Source: an uncultured delta proteobacterium
GTDB lineage: Bacteria > Desulfobacterota > Binatia > Binatales > Binataceae
Direction of reading: 5' to 3'
NCBI GenBank assembly: GCA_963832395.1
Contig: CAWHTV010000002.1
Coordinates: forward strand, 556,343 to 620,342
Length of the DNA: 64,000 nt
Part shown: positions 51,367-59,572 of the stretch, in pieces
Position numbering within the stretch: position 1 is the stretch's first letter
Layout: each line of letters opens with the position of its first letter
Translations under genes and position numbers: made by a program
The notes under the pieces: model-generated
What the model saw: the letters and a program-made list of their open reading frames with translations, nothing else
What the model was told of the DNA's origin: nothing
Databases searched by the model: none

Positions 51367-52060
51367 GTGATGCCCGACAAGACTTTGAAGCAAATCGACG
51401 TGTTGCGCCACGAACTCAAGGCGCTGCGCTATATCCTCGACAACTTCCACGCCGGCAAACTTCCGCCCGCGGCGCTGCCGCCGCGCGAGGACTTTCTCTC
51501 CGCGCAGGCGCGCGAGATTTACGAGACCATCCTGAAGGCCCCAAGCCGCGACGCGGCCGAGGCGCGGATCGGCAGAGATGCGCCTCGACGACGTCGACGT
51601 CGCGTCGTTCCTGCGCCTAAGCGGCGATCACTACTACACCTATCCCGCGCTGGTGCACGAGCGCGCCGAGGCGCTTGCGCGCCGGCCGGCTCAGGATCGA
51701 GGCGGCTTGAGCGCGCTTGCCGCAAAGGAACTGCATCTTCTGCTCGACTCGTCGGGCGCGCTGATCGTCTACCAGGAAGAGGGCACGCATTGGGCCGGCG
51801 TGCTGGGATTCTCGAGCGAGGAGCGGGCGCGCGAGTTCGTCGCGAAGAGCCATCTCGAGGTCGCCGAGACCGCCGCTATAGACCCGGCCGATCCGGCCCA
51901 GGTCGCCTCGCTGGTCAACGCGGTTAAGCAGCGCGCGGTCCGCTACCTGCTGCTCGACCTCGATTGGCAAAGCGGCGAATGCGTCCAGGTCGAGTTCGAG
52001 GGCAGTTCCTTCGGCGCGTCCCGCGAACGCCGCTTCACTCCCCATCAGCATCAGCATTGA
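51367..52060 (+). CDS. Hypothetical protein; 1 frame break near 51575
   Basis: ORF 51367 (MMPDKTLKQIDVLRHELKALRYILDNF...) joins ORF 51578-52060. I recognise no domain. Confidence 0.4.
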
Positions 52061-52093
52061 GCCGCGTCGGCGGTCGATGCGGATGCGAAGAAA

Positions 52094-53323
52094 ATGAGCG
52101 CGACGATGTCCGAAAGCGTCACGATCGAAGACCTCGAGCTTGCGCGCGAGCGTCTGGCGGGAGTCGTCAAGCCGACCCCGCTCATCCATAGCGAGACGCT
52201 CTCGCGGATGCTCGCGGCGGAGGTGTACCTCAAGCCCGAGAACCTGCAGAAGACCGGCTCGTTCAAGATTCGCGGGGCATACAATCGGATCGCGGCGCTT
52301 TCGCCCGCCGAGGCCGCGCGCGGCGCGGTCGCCGCGTCGGCCGGCAATCACGGCCAGGCGCTCGCCTGGGCCGCCTCGCGCGCCGGCGTGCGCGCGACGA
52401 TCGTGATGCCGACAACGGCCGCGATCGCGAAGATCGACGCGACGCGCAGCTACGGCCAGACAGTCGAGCTTGCAGGCATCGACTACCTCGAGGCCCATCG
52501 CGCGGCCGAAGAAATCTGCGCGCGCACCGGTGCGCTGTTCGTCGACGCTTACGACGATCCGTTCGTGATCGCCGGCCAGGGCACGGTCGGTCTGGAGATC
52601 GCCGCCGAACTCGCGCCCGACTTCGTGCTCGTGCCGGTGGGCGGCGGCGGGCTGATCGCCGGGATGGCGCTGGCGCTCGCCGCGCGCGCCCCGCGCGCGA
52701 AACTGATCGGCGTCGAGGCGGCGGGCTCGGCGCAACTGAGCCTTAGCCTCGGTCAGGGCGTGCCCTCCACCGTGCCGACCGCGGTCGACACCATCGCCGA
52801 CGGCCTTGCGACGGGACGCATCGGACGCCTGCCGTTCGAGATCGTGCGCAACCGCCTCGACCGCGTGGTGACGGTCGACGACTTCGAGATCGGCGAGGCA
52901 GTGCTGCTGATGCTCGAGCGGATGAAGCTGCTTGCCGAGGGCGCGGGTGCGGCGGCACTGGCGGGCGCGCTGAAGCTTGGCGGCGCGATAGCCGGACGGC
53001 GCGTGGTTATCGTGGTGAGCGGCGGCAATATCGACGTCAACCTGCTCGACCGGATCATCGGGCACGGACTCTCCAAGGCGGGGCGGCTGATGCGGTTGAT
53101 GGTGGAGATGCGGGATCGGCCGGGAGAGTTGGGGCGGCTGCTCACCGTGATAACCGAGCAGCGCGCCAACGTGCGTGCGATCCAGCACGATCGCACGCGG
53201 CGCGACGTGCGAATCGGCGGCGCACGCGTGACGCTGGAACTCGAAACGCGCGGCCACGATCATATCGAGCGCATCCGCGACGCGCTTATCGCGCACGGTC
53301 ACAAGGTGGTCGTCGAAAACTGA
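52094..53323 (+). CDS. ilvA: Threonine ammonia-lyase (PLP-dependent, single ACT-like domain)
   Basis: The ORF is intact at 409 aa (LKPENLQKTGSFKIRGAYN, ASAGNHGQALA, PVGGGGLIAG, SGGNID). Confidence 0.85.
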   Translation: MSATMSESVTIEDLELARERLAGVVKPTPLIHSETLSRMLAAEVYLKPENLQKTGSFKIRGAYNRIAALSPAEAARGAVAASAGNHGQALAWAASRAGVRATIVMPTTAAIAKIDATRSYGQTVELAGIDYLEAHRAAEEICARTGALFVDAYDDPFVIAGQGTVGLEIAAELAPDFVLVPVGGGGLIAGMALALAARAPRAKLIGVEAAGSAQLSLSLGQGVPSTVPTAVDTIADGLATGRIGRLPFEIVRNRLDRVVTVDDFEIGEAVLLMLERMKLLAEGAGAAALAGALKLGGAIAGRRVVIVVSGGNIDVNLLDRIIGHGLSKAGRLMRLMVEMRDRPGELGRLLTVITEQRANVRAIQHDRTRRDVRIGGARVTLELETRGHDHIERIRDALIAHGHKVVVEN

Positions 53324-53335
53324 TCGAAAACCGAC

Positions 53336-54121
53336 ATGGACACCATCCTCGACGCGCATTGCCACCTGGCCGACCCGCGGCTCTATCCGGATCTCGACGG
53401 CGCGCTTGCGCGCGCGGCCGATGCCGCGGTGGGAACGATCGTCGCGGTCGGCGCGATCGACACGATCGAGACCGACCGGCTGACCGTCGAAATAGCCGAG
53501 CGTCATCCGCACATCTTCGCCGCCGTCGGAGTCCATCCGCATAACGCCGCCGATTGCGACGAGGCGCGCATCGCGGCACTCGCCGCGCTCGCGCGCTCGC
53601 CCAAGGTGGTCGCGATCGGAGAGACCGGACTGGATTTTCACTACATGCACTCGCCCGCCGGCGCGCAGGAACGGGCGTTTCGAAGGCATCTGGAACTCGC
53701 CCGCGAGCTCGATCGTCCGGTGATGATTCATTGCCGTGACGCCGAGCGGCGGCTGTGCGAGATCGTTCGCGAAACCGGCCTCCCGCCGGCTGGCGGCATG
53801 ATCCATTGTTTCACCGGCGACGCCGACGCGGCGCGGGAGTTCGTCGAACTCGGCTTCTACGTCTCGTTCTCCGGAATTCTCACATTCAAAAAGGCCGACG
53901 CATTGCGGGCGGCCGCGATGGTCGTGCCGGAGGACCGACTGCTGATCGAAACCGACGCACCCTATCTCGCGCCCGAGCCTTATCGCGGCAAGCCCAACGA
54001 GCCCGCCTACGTCCGCCGCACCTTCGAGGCGATGGCCGCGCTGCGCGGCGCCGACGCATCGGTGCTGGCCGCGCGGATTCGCGACAACGCCGATCGCCTG
54101 TTCAGATTGCCCGCGCGCTAG
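53336..54121 (+). CDS. tatD: TatD-family metal-dependent hydrolase/DNase
   Basis: The ORF is intact at 261 aa (LDAHCHL...AAVGVHPH...AIGETGLDFHY...VMIHCRDA...IHCFTG...LIETDAPYL). Confidence 0.85.
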   Translation: MDTILDAHCHLADPRLYPDLDGALARAADAAVGTIVAVGAIDTIETDRLTVEIAERHPHIFAAVGVHPHNAADCDEARIAALAALARSPKVVAIGETGLDFHYMHSPAGAQERAFRRHLELARELDRPVMIHCRDAERRLCEIVRETGLPPAGGMIHCFTGDADAAREFVELGFYVSFSGILTFKKADALRAAAMVVPEDRLLIETDAPYLAPEPYRGKPNEPAYVRRTFEAMAALRGADASVLAARIRDNADRLFRLPAR

Positions 54122-54131
54122 CCGTCGCTGC

Positions 54132-54824
54132 CTAGCCCAGCGGATGGCCGCCGAAGGCCCACGGATGAATCGCGACCAGCACGACCGTCAGCGCCGCTCC
54201 GATTGCGATCGCCAGCCACGGCAGGTCGTCGCTGGGATGGCATCGCTGACGCCCGCTGAGCAGCGCCGCGCCGGGCATGAACGAGGTCTGCTCGACGAAG
54301 CGGCGGTACGGCTCGCCCATCGAGCGCAGCTTGCGATGGTCCTGGTGCAAGCCGCCGAAGATGCCGAGCGCCGGGAACGTGCCGAAGAACACCAGGTCGC
54401 CGGCCCATCCGTTCATCAACATGTGCGCGAAGCCGAAAATAGTGAAGGCGATGAACCCCGGATGGCGCGAGAGCTTGAGGATGCCACGCGGCATTAGATT
54501 GTCCGGCGCGCCGAGCGCTGCGGGATTGGGAGTCATCAGCGACGCGACCCACATTATCAGCGCCACCAGCATCATCGGCCCAATCAGCCATCGCAGCGGC
54601 GCGATCCCACGCAAGTACCACAGCATCGGGCCCGCGTGCTTGTGATGGGCGAACACGTCCACCAGCGGGATGAAGGTCCCCAGCGCGACCAGCGAGTAGA
54701 TTCCGCGAAAGGGTTGCTCGCCAACCGTCCCGGCAATCGCTCCGCGCACCGGATCCGAGGACAGGATGAAATGACCGGCCAGAAATAGTGCGGCCCACAG
54801 CGCTATCAGCCCGACGGCTCCCAT
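54132..54824 (-). CDS. NnrU-family membrane protein
   Basis: The internal ATG at 54824 gives MGAVGLIALWAALFLAGHFILSS...KLSRHPGFIAFTIFGFAHMLMNG... Confidence 0.65.
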   Translation of the reverse strand: MGAVGLIALWAALFLAGHFILSSDPVRGAIAGTVGEQPFRGIYSLVALGTFIPLVDVFAHHKHAGPMLWYLRGIAPLRWLIGPMMLVALIMWVASLMTPNPAALGAPDNLMPRGILKLSRHPGFIAFTIFGFAHMLMNGWAGDLVFFGTFPALGIFGGLHQDHRKLRSMGEPYRRFVEQTSFMPGAALLSGRQRCHPSDDLPWLAIAIGAALTVVLVAIHPWAFGGHPLG

Positions 54825-54876
54825 CGTTTTTCCCGGGCGGGGTTTTCCTTTGCGATAGACCCGAACCAGGTATGCA

Positions 54877-55414
54877 CTAAAGTGCGCAGACCCGAGGGGC
54901 CCACACCGCGATAAACCGTTCAAAGCCCACGCCCATCGCGATAACGTGCGCCAGTTCCACAATCTCTGGATCGCTGAATTCCTGACGCAGCAGGTTGAAA
55001 AACTGCTCGTCCAATGCCTGCGGATCGCTGCCCAGCTTATCCGCGAACTTCAGCGCCAACTTCTCGCGTCGCGTAAGCACTTCACTCACTTCGTAATGAT
55101 CCACCTCGGCGCTTTTCTCAGGAGGCACTTTCGGCGGGGGCTGATGGTGGCGCATGCCGACTCGACTTAGCGGCGTAGGGTGAGCAGTCGTTGTTGCGCG
55201 CCAGCTTGATCCGGACCAACTCCTTCAGCTCGCGAGGCAACTTGCCGTTGTCGAGCAATTGGACATAGCCCGACCATATGATCTCGGCAATCTCCGGCTT
55301 ATGGGCGAAGATCTTGAGCCCGTTCACATAGTCAGGGTCGTCTCTGAAGCGTCTGACCAGAGCCATCATTCCGGATGAGAGCTTGGCCTCATCGACCGGA
55401 TTAATCCCTGCCAT
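54877..55414 (-). CDS. AhpD-like / carboxymuconolactone-decarboxylase (CMD) family protein, paralog 1; 1 frame break near 55136-55170
   Basis: ORF 55118-55414 (...LKELVRIKLARNNDCSPY...) joins ORF 54877-55155 (...EVDHYEVSEVLTRREKLALKFADKLG...EIVELAHVIAMG). It is colinear with paralog 2. The break is probably in the G5 run at 55136-55140. Confidence 0.65.
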
Positions 55415-55466
55415 GATTTTCCTCCTGCCCGCTGCGAGTCAGACGGGAACGCGCACCTTAGGCCTC

Positions 55467-55988
55467 TCACGCCTCTTCCACTTTGAAGACGGAGAGCAAC
55501 CGGCCCCAACCGATACAGACGCCGATTACAACGGACAGTTCGACGATTTCAGCTTCGGAAAATTCGGTCCGCAGGAGTGCCATGAACGCGTCGTCGACAG
55601 CCTGGTGCTCGACGCCCATCTTTTCGGCGAACTTCAACGCCAGCCTCTCGCGCCGGGTAAGCACGGAGCTGAATTCGTAGTTGGGAATTTCCGCGATGCG
55701 CTCTTCCGTAAGGCCTTTATCCATCACCGATGGATAGCGAAAGCGCTTTCACATGAAGCAGTCGTTGTTCTGGGCGATTTTGATCCGAACGAGTTCCTTG
55801 AGCCGGGAATCGAGCAGTCCTCCGTCGAACATCTCGACGTAGGCGTTCCACATCGGTTCGACGAACTCCTGGCTATGAGCGAAGATTCCAAGCCCTGTGA
55901 AGTAGCCGGGATCGAACTTTATCTTCTCGGCCAGAGACGCCATACGCGGAGTCATCTCGCTCTGCTCAAGAGGCTTTAATCTTGCCAT
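55467..55988 (-). CDS. AhpD-like / CMD family protein, paralog 2, with an in-frame TGA (candidate selenocysteine, C-F-M-U)
   Basis: ORFs 55749-55988 and 55467-55727 are in the same frame. They are separated only by the TGA at 55751-55749 and 7 sense codons. The TGA falls exactly where the second Cys of the family's CxxC motif belongs (IAQNNDCFM[TGA]KRFRYPSVMDKGLTEERI). Confidence 0.6.
55719..55748 (-). other. Candidate bacterial SECIS hairpin
   Basis: The minus strand reads UGA-aagcGCUUUcgcu-AUCCAU-CGGUG-AUGGAU-AAAgGC. A 6-bp upper stem starts 13 nt after the UGA, the apical loop contains GGU, and a lower helix GCUUU/AAAGC is possible. Confidence 0.45.
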
Positions 55989-56419
55989 CGCGTGTGCTCC
56001 CTATTGCGCCAGGGCGGTTGCACCAAAACGAGCGATTCGTCTGTGCACCGACGCCCAACGCCTAAGCTAATATGCCCACGGAGATCGAAACCGGAATCTT
56101 GATTTTTGAAACCTTGATCCGGGTAACACGGACATCAAGCAGCGTGCAACCCCGAATCTCGACCCATCGGTTTTCCCTCATGCAGAGACGGCGGCGGCAT
56201 GAATCGACCGCAACCGCACTCAACTGTAGTCGCACCGCGGTGGGCAGGATAGAGGACCGCTGGCGAAGAGAGCGCTCCTCATAACCGGTGAAACGAAATC
56301 AAGGGCAGCACTGAATGACCGAATCAATGATGCCGGGCGATGGAGACCTGTCTGAGAGTCAGCTCGATAGTTACCAGGACCGAGTGATGCCCAAGTTGAT
56401 AGCGTCGCCAGGCGATGAC

Positions 56420-57571
56420 TCAGGGAAGAATGGGGCACTCCCTACGTTGTATAGGACCGGACTTTGCGCCGAGAGCGTACAGATCGATCCATTGCCCTGC
56501 CTTAACCTCGACGGATCGACGTTCAGGCGGACTTCCTTGTTCGGATTGAAAATCAAGCATGTAACGACCAGGCGGCAAAGGAAGCACAAAACCACCATCG
56601 GAATATCCGCATCCGCCGCATGTGACCATGTCTGCGCTACCCTCCCGAAACACCTCGACACATCTTCTCTCTGTTGGAATTCCGAAGATCGGTTCGTTGC
56701 CATAGCATAGTGTCACTGGGGGGCCGGCTCGGCCTCGAACTCCCGAGTTGTAAGCGGTTTGCGCGACAATCACAGGCTCTTGACATGTCTTTGTCTGAAC
56801 AAGGGAAGAAAACTGGTAGCTGACGTAACTTTTTGCCGATATGCACGTGTGCCCGGGAATGCATTCTGCGTCCGTCGAGCACTCCGCGCCAATCCGGGTC
56901 TCCTTGGGCGCAAAGATGTGTTGCCAATGATGCGGTTTGACGATGACTAACTGCCGCCACGAATTGCCGCCAGAGGCAGGGGTCCGATATGGGTTCTGCC
57001 CTACAAACACTACGTAACGGCCGGGAGCCAGTGACAACTGGAAGCTCCCGTCGTTCGCGCAAGCGGCTGCTGCGACCAAATTCATATAGTCCCGCCGGAA
57101 TCGCTCGCGATCGATACATGAACCGTAGTCGGGGCTCCTAGGCTTGCCCGGATCGCCAGTAGAGGAATAGCCAAGCGGCACGTGGCTCTGCGCATCGTAA
57201 GCCTCGACGCATCGGTTCTTCCATTTGTCACGCTGAGATTCGTCCAAGATTAACGTAGCGTCTATGCTTTTTTTATTCGCACCTGGGAGATCAGATTCTT
57301 TCCGAAGTGAATCGATGTTTTCCCGCATCAACTTGAGATTTTCCTCAAAGTGCGGAACGACCCCTAGTATTCCCGAGTCGGGCGTCCCCGTCCCGGCGAA
57401 AGACGGAACCGCGTAAAACTGCATCACGACAACGAGCACAAGAGGCGACACCCAAATAGATCGTCGACTACGCGGTCTGCTTTTTTCACGAAGCAGAAAG
57501 GTGAAAACGAAGTAGATGATGGTCGAGTTAATTGGCGCTAACTTTTCCATTTCCGGACCCCAGATTATCAC
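56420..57571 (-). CDS. Hypothetical secreted or membrane-anchored Cys-rich protein; visibly lower G+C
   Basis: The ORF is intact at 383 aa. It has an N-terminal hydrophobic anchor (VSPLVLVVVMQFYAVPSFAG) and about 12 Cys. It also has two LxPGRY(V/M)-type motifs (LAPGRYVVFVG, LPPGRYMLDF), as in carboxypeptidase-regulatory-like beta-sandwiches. Confidence 0.55.
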   Translation of the reverse strand: MIIWGPEMEKLAPINSTIIYFVFTFLLREKSRPRSRRSIWVSPLVLVVVMQFYAVPSFAGTGTPDSGILGVVPHFEENLKLMRENIDSLRKESDLPGANKKSIDATLILDESQRDKWKNRCVEAYDAQSHVPLGYSSTGDPGKPRSPDYGSCIDRERFRRDYMNLVAAAACANDGSFQLSLAPGRYVVFVGQNPYRTPASGGNSWRQLVIVKPHHWQHIFAPKETRIGAECSTDAECIPGHTCISAKSYVSYQFSSLVQTKTCQEPVIVAQTAYNSGVRGRAGPPVTLCYGNEPIFGIPTERRCVEVFREGSADMVTCGGCGYSDGGFVLPLPPGRYMLDFQSEQGSPPERRSVEVKAGQWIDLYALGAKSGPIQRRECPILP

Positions 57572-57598
57572 GACCTGATGACCGCCTTATGCAAGCGA

Positions 57599-57628
57599 TT
57601 CACGCCCGACCCTATGCGGGGTTATAAC
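57599..57628 (+). promoter_or_regulatory. Possible promoter (TTCACG-18 nt-TATAAC) placing the transcription start at the ECF sigma ATG
   Basis: The -10 element at 57623-57628 ends 7 nt before ATG 57636. The match to consensus is weak. Confidence 0.2.
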
Positions 57629-57635
57629 CTGTGTC

Positions 57636-58185
57636 ATGGACCCAGGGGCCAAGCTCGCATTGCCGCCGCCGTTCGAGGAGGCGCTCAGCCGCCACGAGCG
57701 CGAGATCATGCGCTTTCTGCTGCGCATGACCCGCGATCAGAACGACGCACTCGATCTCTTCCAGGAAACCTGGCTGCGCGCTTACCGCGCCTATCCAAAA
57801 CTCGACTCGGAGCAGGGTCTGCGGCCATGGCTGTATCGAATCGCGACCAATCTCTGCCGCAACCGCGCGCGCGACAATTTCAGACGTGCGCGCGTGATCA
57901 GCAACGGCGACGATCCCACCGACGGCGATCATCGTCTTGCGTCCGCATCTGGTTCCGACTTCGCGTCTGCCGGCGGCGGACACGAGGGCGTGACTCCATC
58001 TCCGGCGTGCGATCGCGGGACTGCCCCACAAGCAGGGCCAGGCGCTGGTGATGCGCAAGTTCGCGGGACTCGAATACGAGGAGATCGGCGCAGCGCTGGA
58101 GTGCTCGGCGGACAGCGCGCGGGCCAGCGTCTACCAGGCGCTGAAAAAGCTCAAGGCGACTTCGATAGGCGTACCAAGGCGATGA
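57636..58185 (+). CDS. ECF-type sigma-70 family sigma factor; 1 frame break near 57990
   Basis: Region 2 lies in the 57636 frame (REIMRFLLRMTRDQNDALDLFQETWLRAYRAY...RPWLYRIATNLCRNRARD). Region 4 lies in the +1 frame (LRRAIAGLPHKQGQALVMRKFAGLEYEEIGAALECSADSARASVYQALKKLK) and ends at TGA 58183-58185. Confidence 0.8.
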
Positions 58186-59045
58186 AATCCAGAACGGTGA
58201 ACATCATGAATGCGACGCTCAAGGACGAGATACTGATGCGCGAGATGCTCGACGATGACGGGCCGCTCGAGATGGACGGCGCGCCCGACGACGCCGCGGT
58301 CGAAGCGGCGCTGCGCGCGGTACGTCCAAAGCTCGCACGGACGCTTGGCCGTGCGCGCAGACCGCTCGCACGCGTCGGGGTAATCGACTCGCCGGTCGGC
58401 CGCCTGCTGGTGGCCGAGAGCGCGCGCGGTCTGCTCGCGGTGCAGTTCCTCGACGTGTCCGACGCGCCCGACGCGCTGGCGGGGCTCAAGGAGGGATTCG
58501 ACCTGGTCGAAGACCCGCGCGTCGGCGAACGTATCGGGCGCGAGATCGAGCGCTACCTGGGCGGCGACATGCATGCGCTCGACCGCCCGGTCGACCTCAG
58601 CCTGGTGCGGAGCGATTTTCAGCGGCGCGCGCTGATGCGGCTCCGCCGTACGATACCGCCCGGCTCGGTCATCACCTACCAGGGGCTGGCGGCGGCGGTC
58701 GGCGCGCCGTCGGGCCAGCGCGCGATCGGCAACACGATGGCCACCAATCCGGTGCCGCTATATGTCCCGTGCCATCGCGTGATCCGCTCCGACGGCACGA
58801 TCGGCAACTACGGCGGCGGCGTGGCGCGCAAGATCAAGTTGCTGCGCGCCGAGGGCTTCAGCGTGGCTCGCGATCATCGATTGCCCGCCGGCAGCGTGAT
58901 GGGGCATCTGGTGACGCACATCTTCTGCCGTCCGCAATGCCATGCGGCGATGCGTGCCAGCCGCGCAAAATCGGTTATCTTTGCCAATTCAGGCCGTGCA
59001 CGCAGCGCGGGACTGCGTGCGTGCAAGCTTTGCCATCCGGCCTAG
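58182..59045 (+). CDS. Methylated-DNA-protein-cysteine methyltransferase (MGMT/Ogt) fused to a C-terminal Ada-type Zn(Cys)4 domain, sitting in the anti-sigma position
   Basis: ATG 58182 overlaps the sigma-factor TGA (ATGA). The MGMT core reads ITYQGLAAAVGAPSGQRAIGNTMATNPVPLYVPCHRVIRSDG. The C-terminus reads IFCRPQCHAAMRASRAKSVIFANSGRARSAGLRACKLCHP, which parallels E. coli Ada FCRPSC...(26 aa)...CKRCQP. Confidence 0.8.
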   Translation: MKSRTVNIMNATLKDEILMREMLDDDGPLEMDGAPDDAAVEAALRAVRPKLARTLGRARRPLARVGVIDSPVGRLLVAESARGLLAVQFLDVSDAPDALAGLKEGFDLVEDPRVGERIGREIERYLGGDMHALDRPVDLSLVRSDFQRRALMRLRRTIPPGSVITYQGLAAAVGAPSGQRAIGNTMATNPVPLYVPCHRVIRSDGTIGNYGGGVARKIKLLRAEGFSVARDHRLPAGSVMGHLVTHIFCRPQCHAAMRASRAKSVIFANSGRARSAGLRACKLCHPA

Positions 59046-59075
59046 CGCGATGCGCCAGGCGAAACCAGAACACCG

Positions 59076-59110
59076 TGCGGCGCGACGCCCATTTCGGGTG
59101 CCGCGCCGCA
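59076..59110. terminator. Long imperfect hairpin between convergent genes
   Basis: The outer stem is TGCGGCGCG...CGCGCCGCA (9 bp). An inner 5-bp helix carries the loop ATTTC. The U-tracts are weak on both strands. Confidence 0.4.
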
Positions 59111-59126
59111 TGGCGCTAATATCTCA

Positions 59127-59154
59127 CAGTTTCTGGCTTGCAGTTTCTGACTAT
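59127..59154 (-). repeat. Two tandem 14-nt units related to the nuoI-upstream repeat
   Basis: The minus strand reads TAG tCAGAAACTG caagcCAGAAACTG tgag. The array starts at the lipoprotein stop codon. Compare CTGATACTGC plus a 4-nt purine-rich spacer at 25055-25110. Confidence 0.6.
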
Positions 59155-59522
59155 TCGGTTTGCTGCTGCTGCTGAAGCTGCTCGATCTGGCGGCGCTGGC
59201 TCTCGATCTCCTGCTGCTGGTTCTGGATCTGCCCCTGCTGCTGCTGCGAGGCGGCCTGCTGGTTCTGCATCGAGTTGCCCACGACGTAGCCGGTGCCCGC
59301 GCCAAGCGCACCGCCGATAGCCGCGCCGGCGAGTGGATGTCCCACCGCCGCACCGACGATCGCACCGGTGCCGCCGCCCAACACGCCGCCGCCCAGCGTT
59401 CCTTCCGTGGTCGTGGACATCCCCTGCGGACCGCATCCGGCGAGCGCAACGGTTATGACCAGCGACAGCGCCGCCGCCGCGATCATCGCTCCGCGAAAGC
59501 TAACTTTGCCCGGCGTCTCCAT
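59151..59522 (-). CDS. Glycine-zipper lipoprotein with a Gln-rich coiled-coil tail, copy 3
   Basis: The likely start is ATG 59522. It has the lipobox VALAGC, the zipper GGGVLGGGTGAIVGAAVGHPLAGAAIGGALGAGTGYVVG, and the tail QNQQAASQQQQGQIQNQQQEIESQRRQIEQLQQQQQTE*. Confidence 0.75.
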   Translation of the reverse strand: METPGKVSFRGAMIAAAALSLVITVALAGCGPQGMSTTTEGTLGGGVLGGGTGAIVGAAVGHPLAGAAIGGALGAGTGYVVGNSMQNQQAASQQQQGQIQNQQQEIESQRRQIEQLQQQQQTE

Positions 59523-59572
59523 TGTAAATGCCTTGCCCTCATCCCCCGCGGACTGCCTCAGCCGTTCTCCAC

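Noticed and set aside
55130-55200. A hidden TGA (Sec codon) might exist in CMD paralog 1, analogous to paralog 2.
   Set aside because: No TGA occurs in any frame at the aligned motif position. The TGA at about 55120 only terminates the out-of-frame reading after the indel.
57636-59045. The 469-aa ORF suggests a single sigma-factor/MGMT fusion polypeptide.
   Set aside because: The middle of that ORF is out-of-frame read-through. Sigma region 4 is in the +1 frame and ends in a TGA that overlaps the ATG of the MGMT/Ada gene, so these are two coupled genes.
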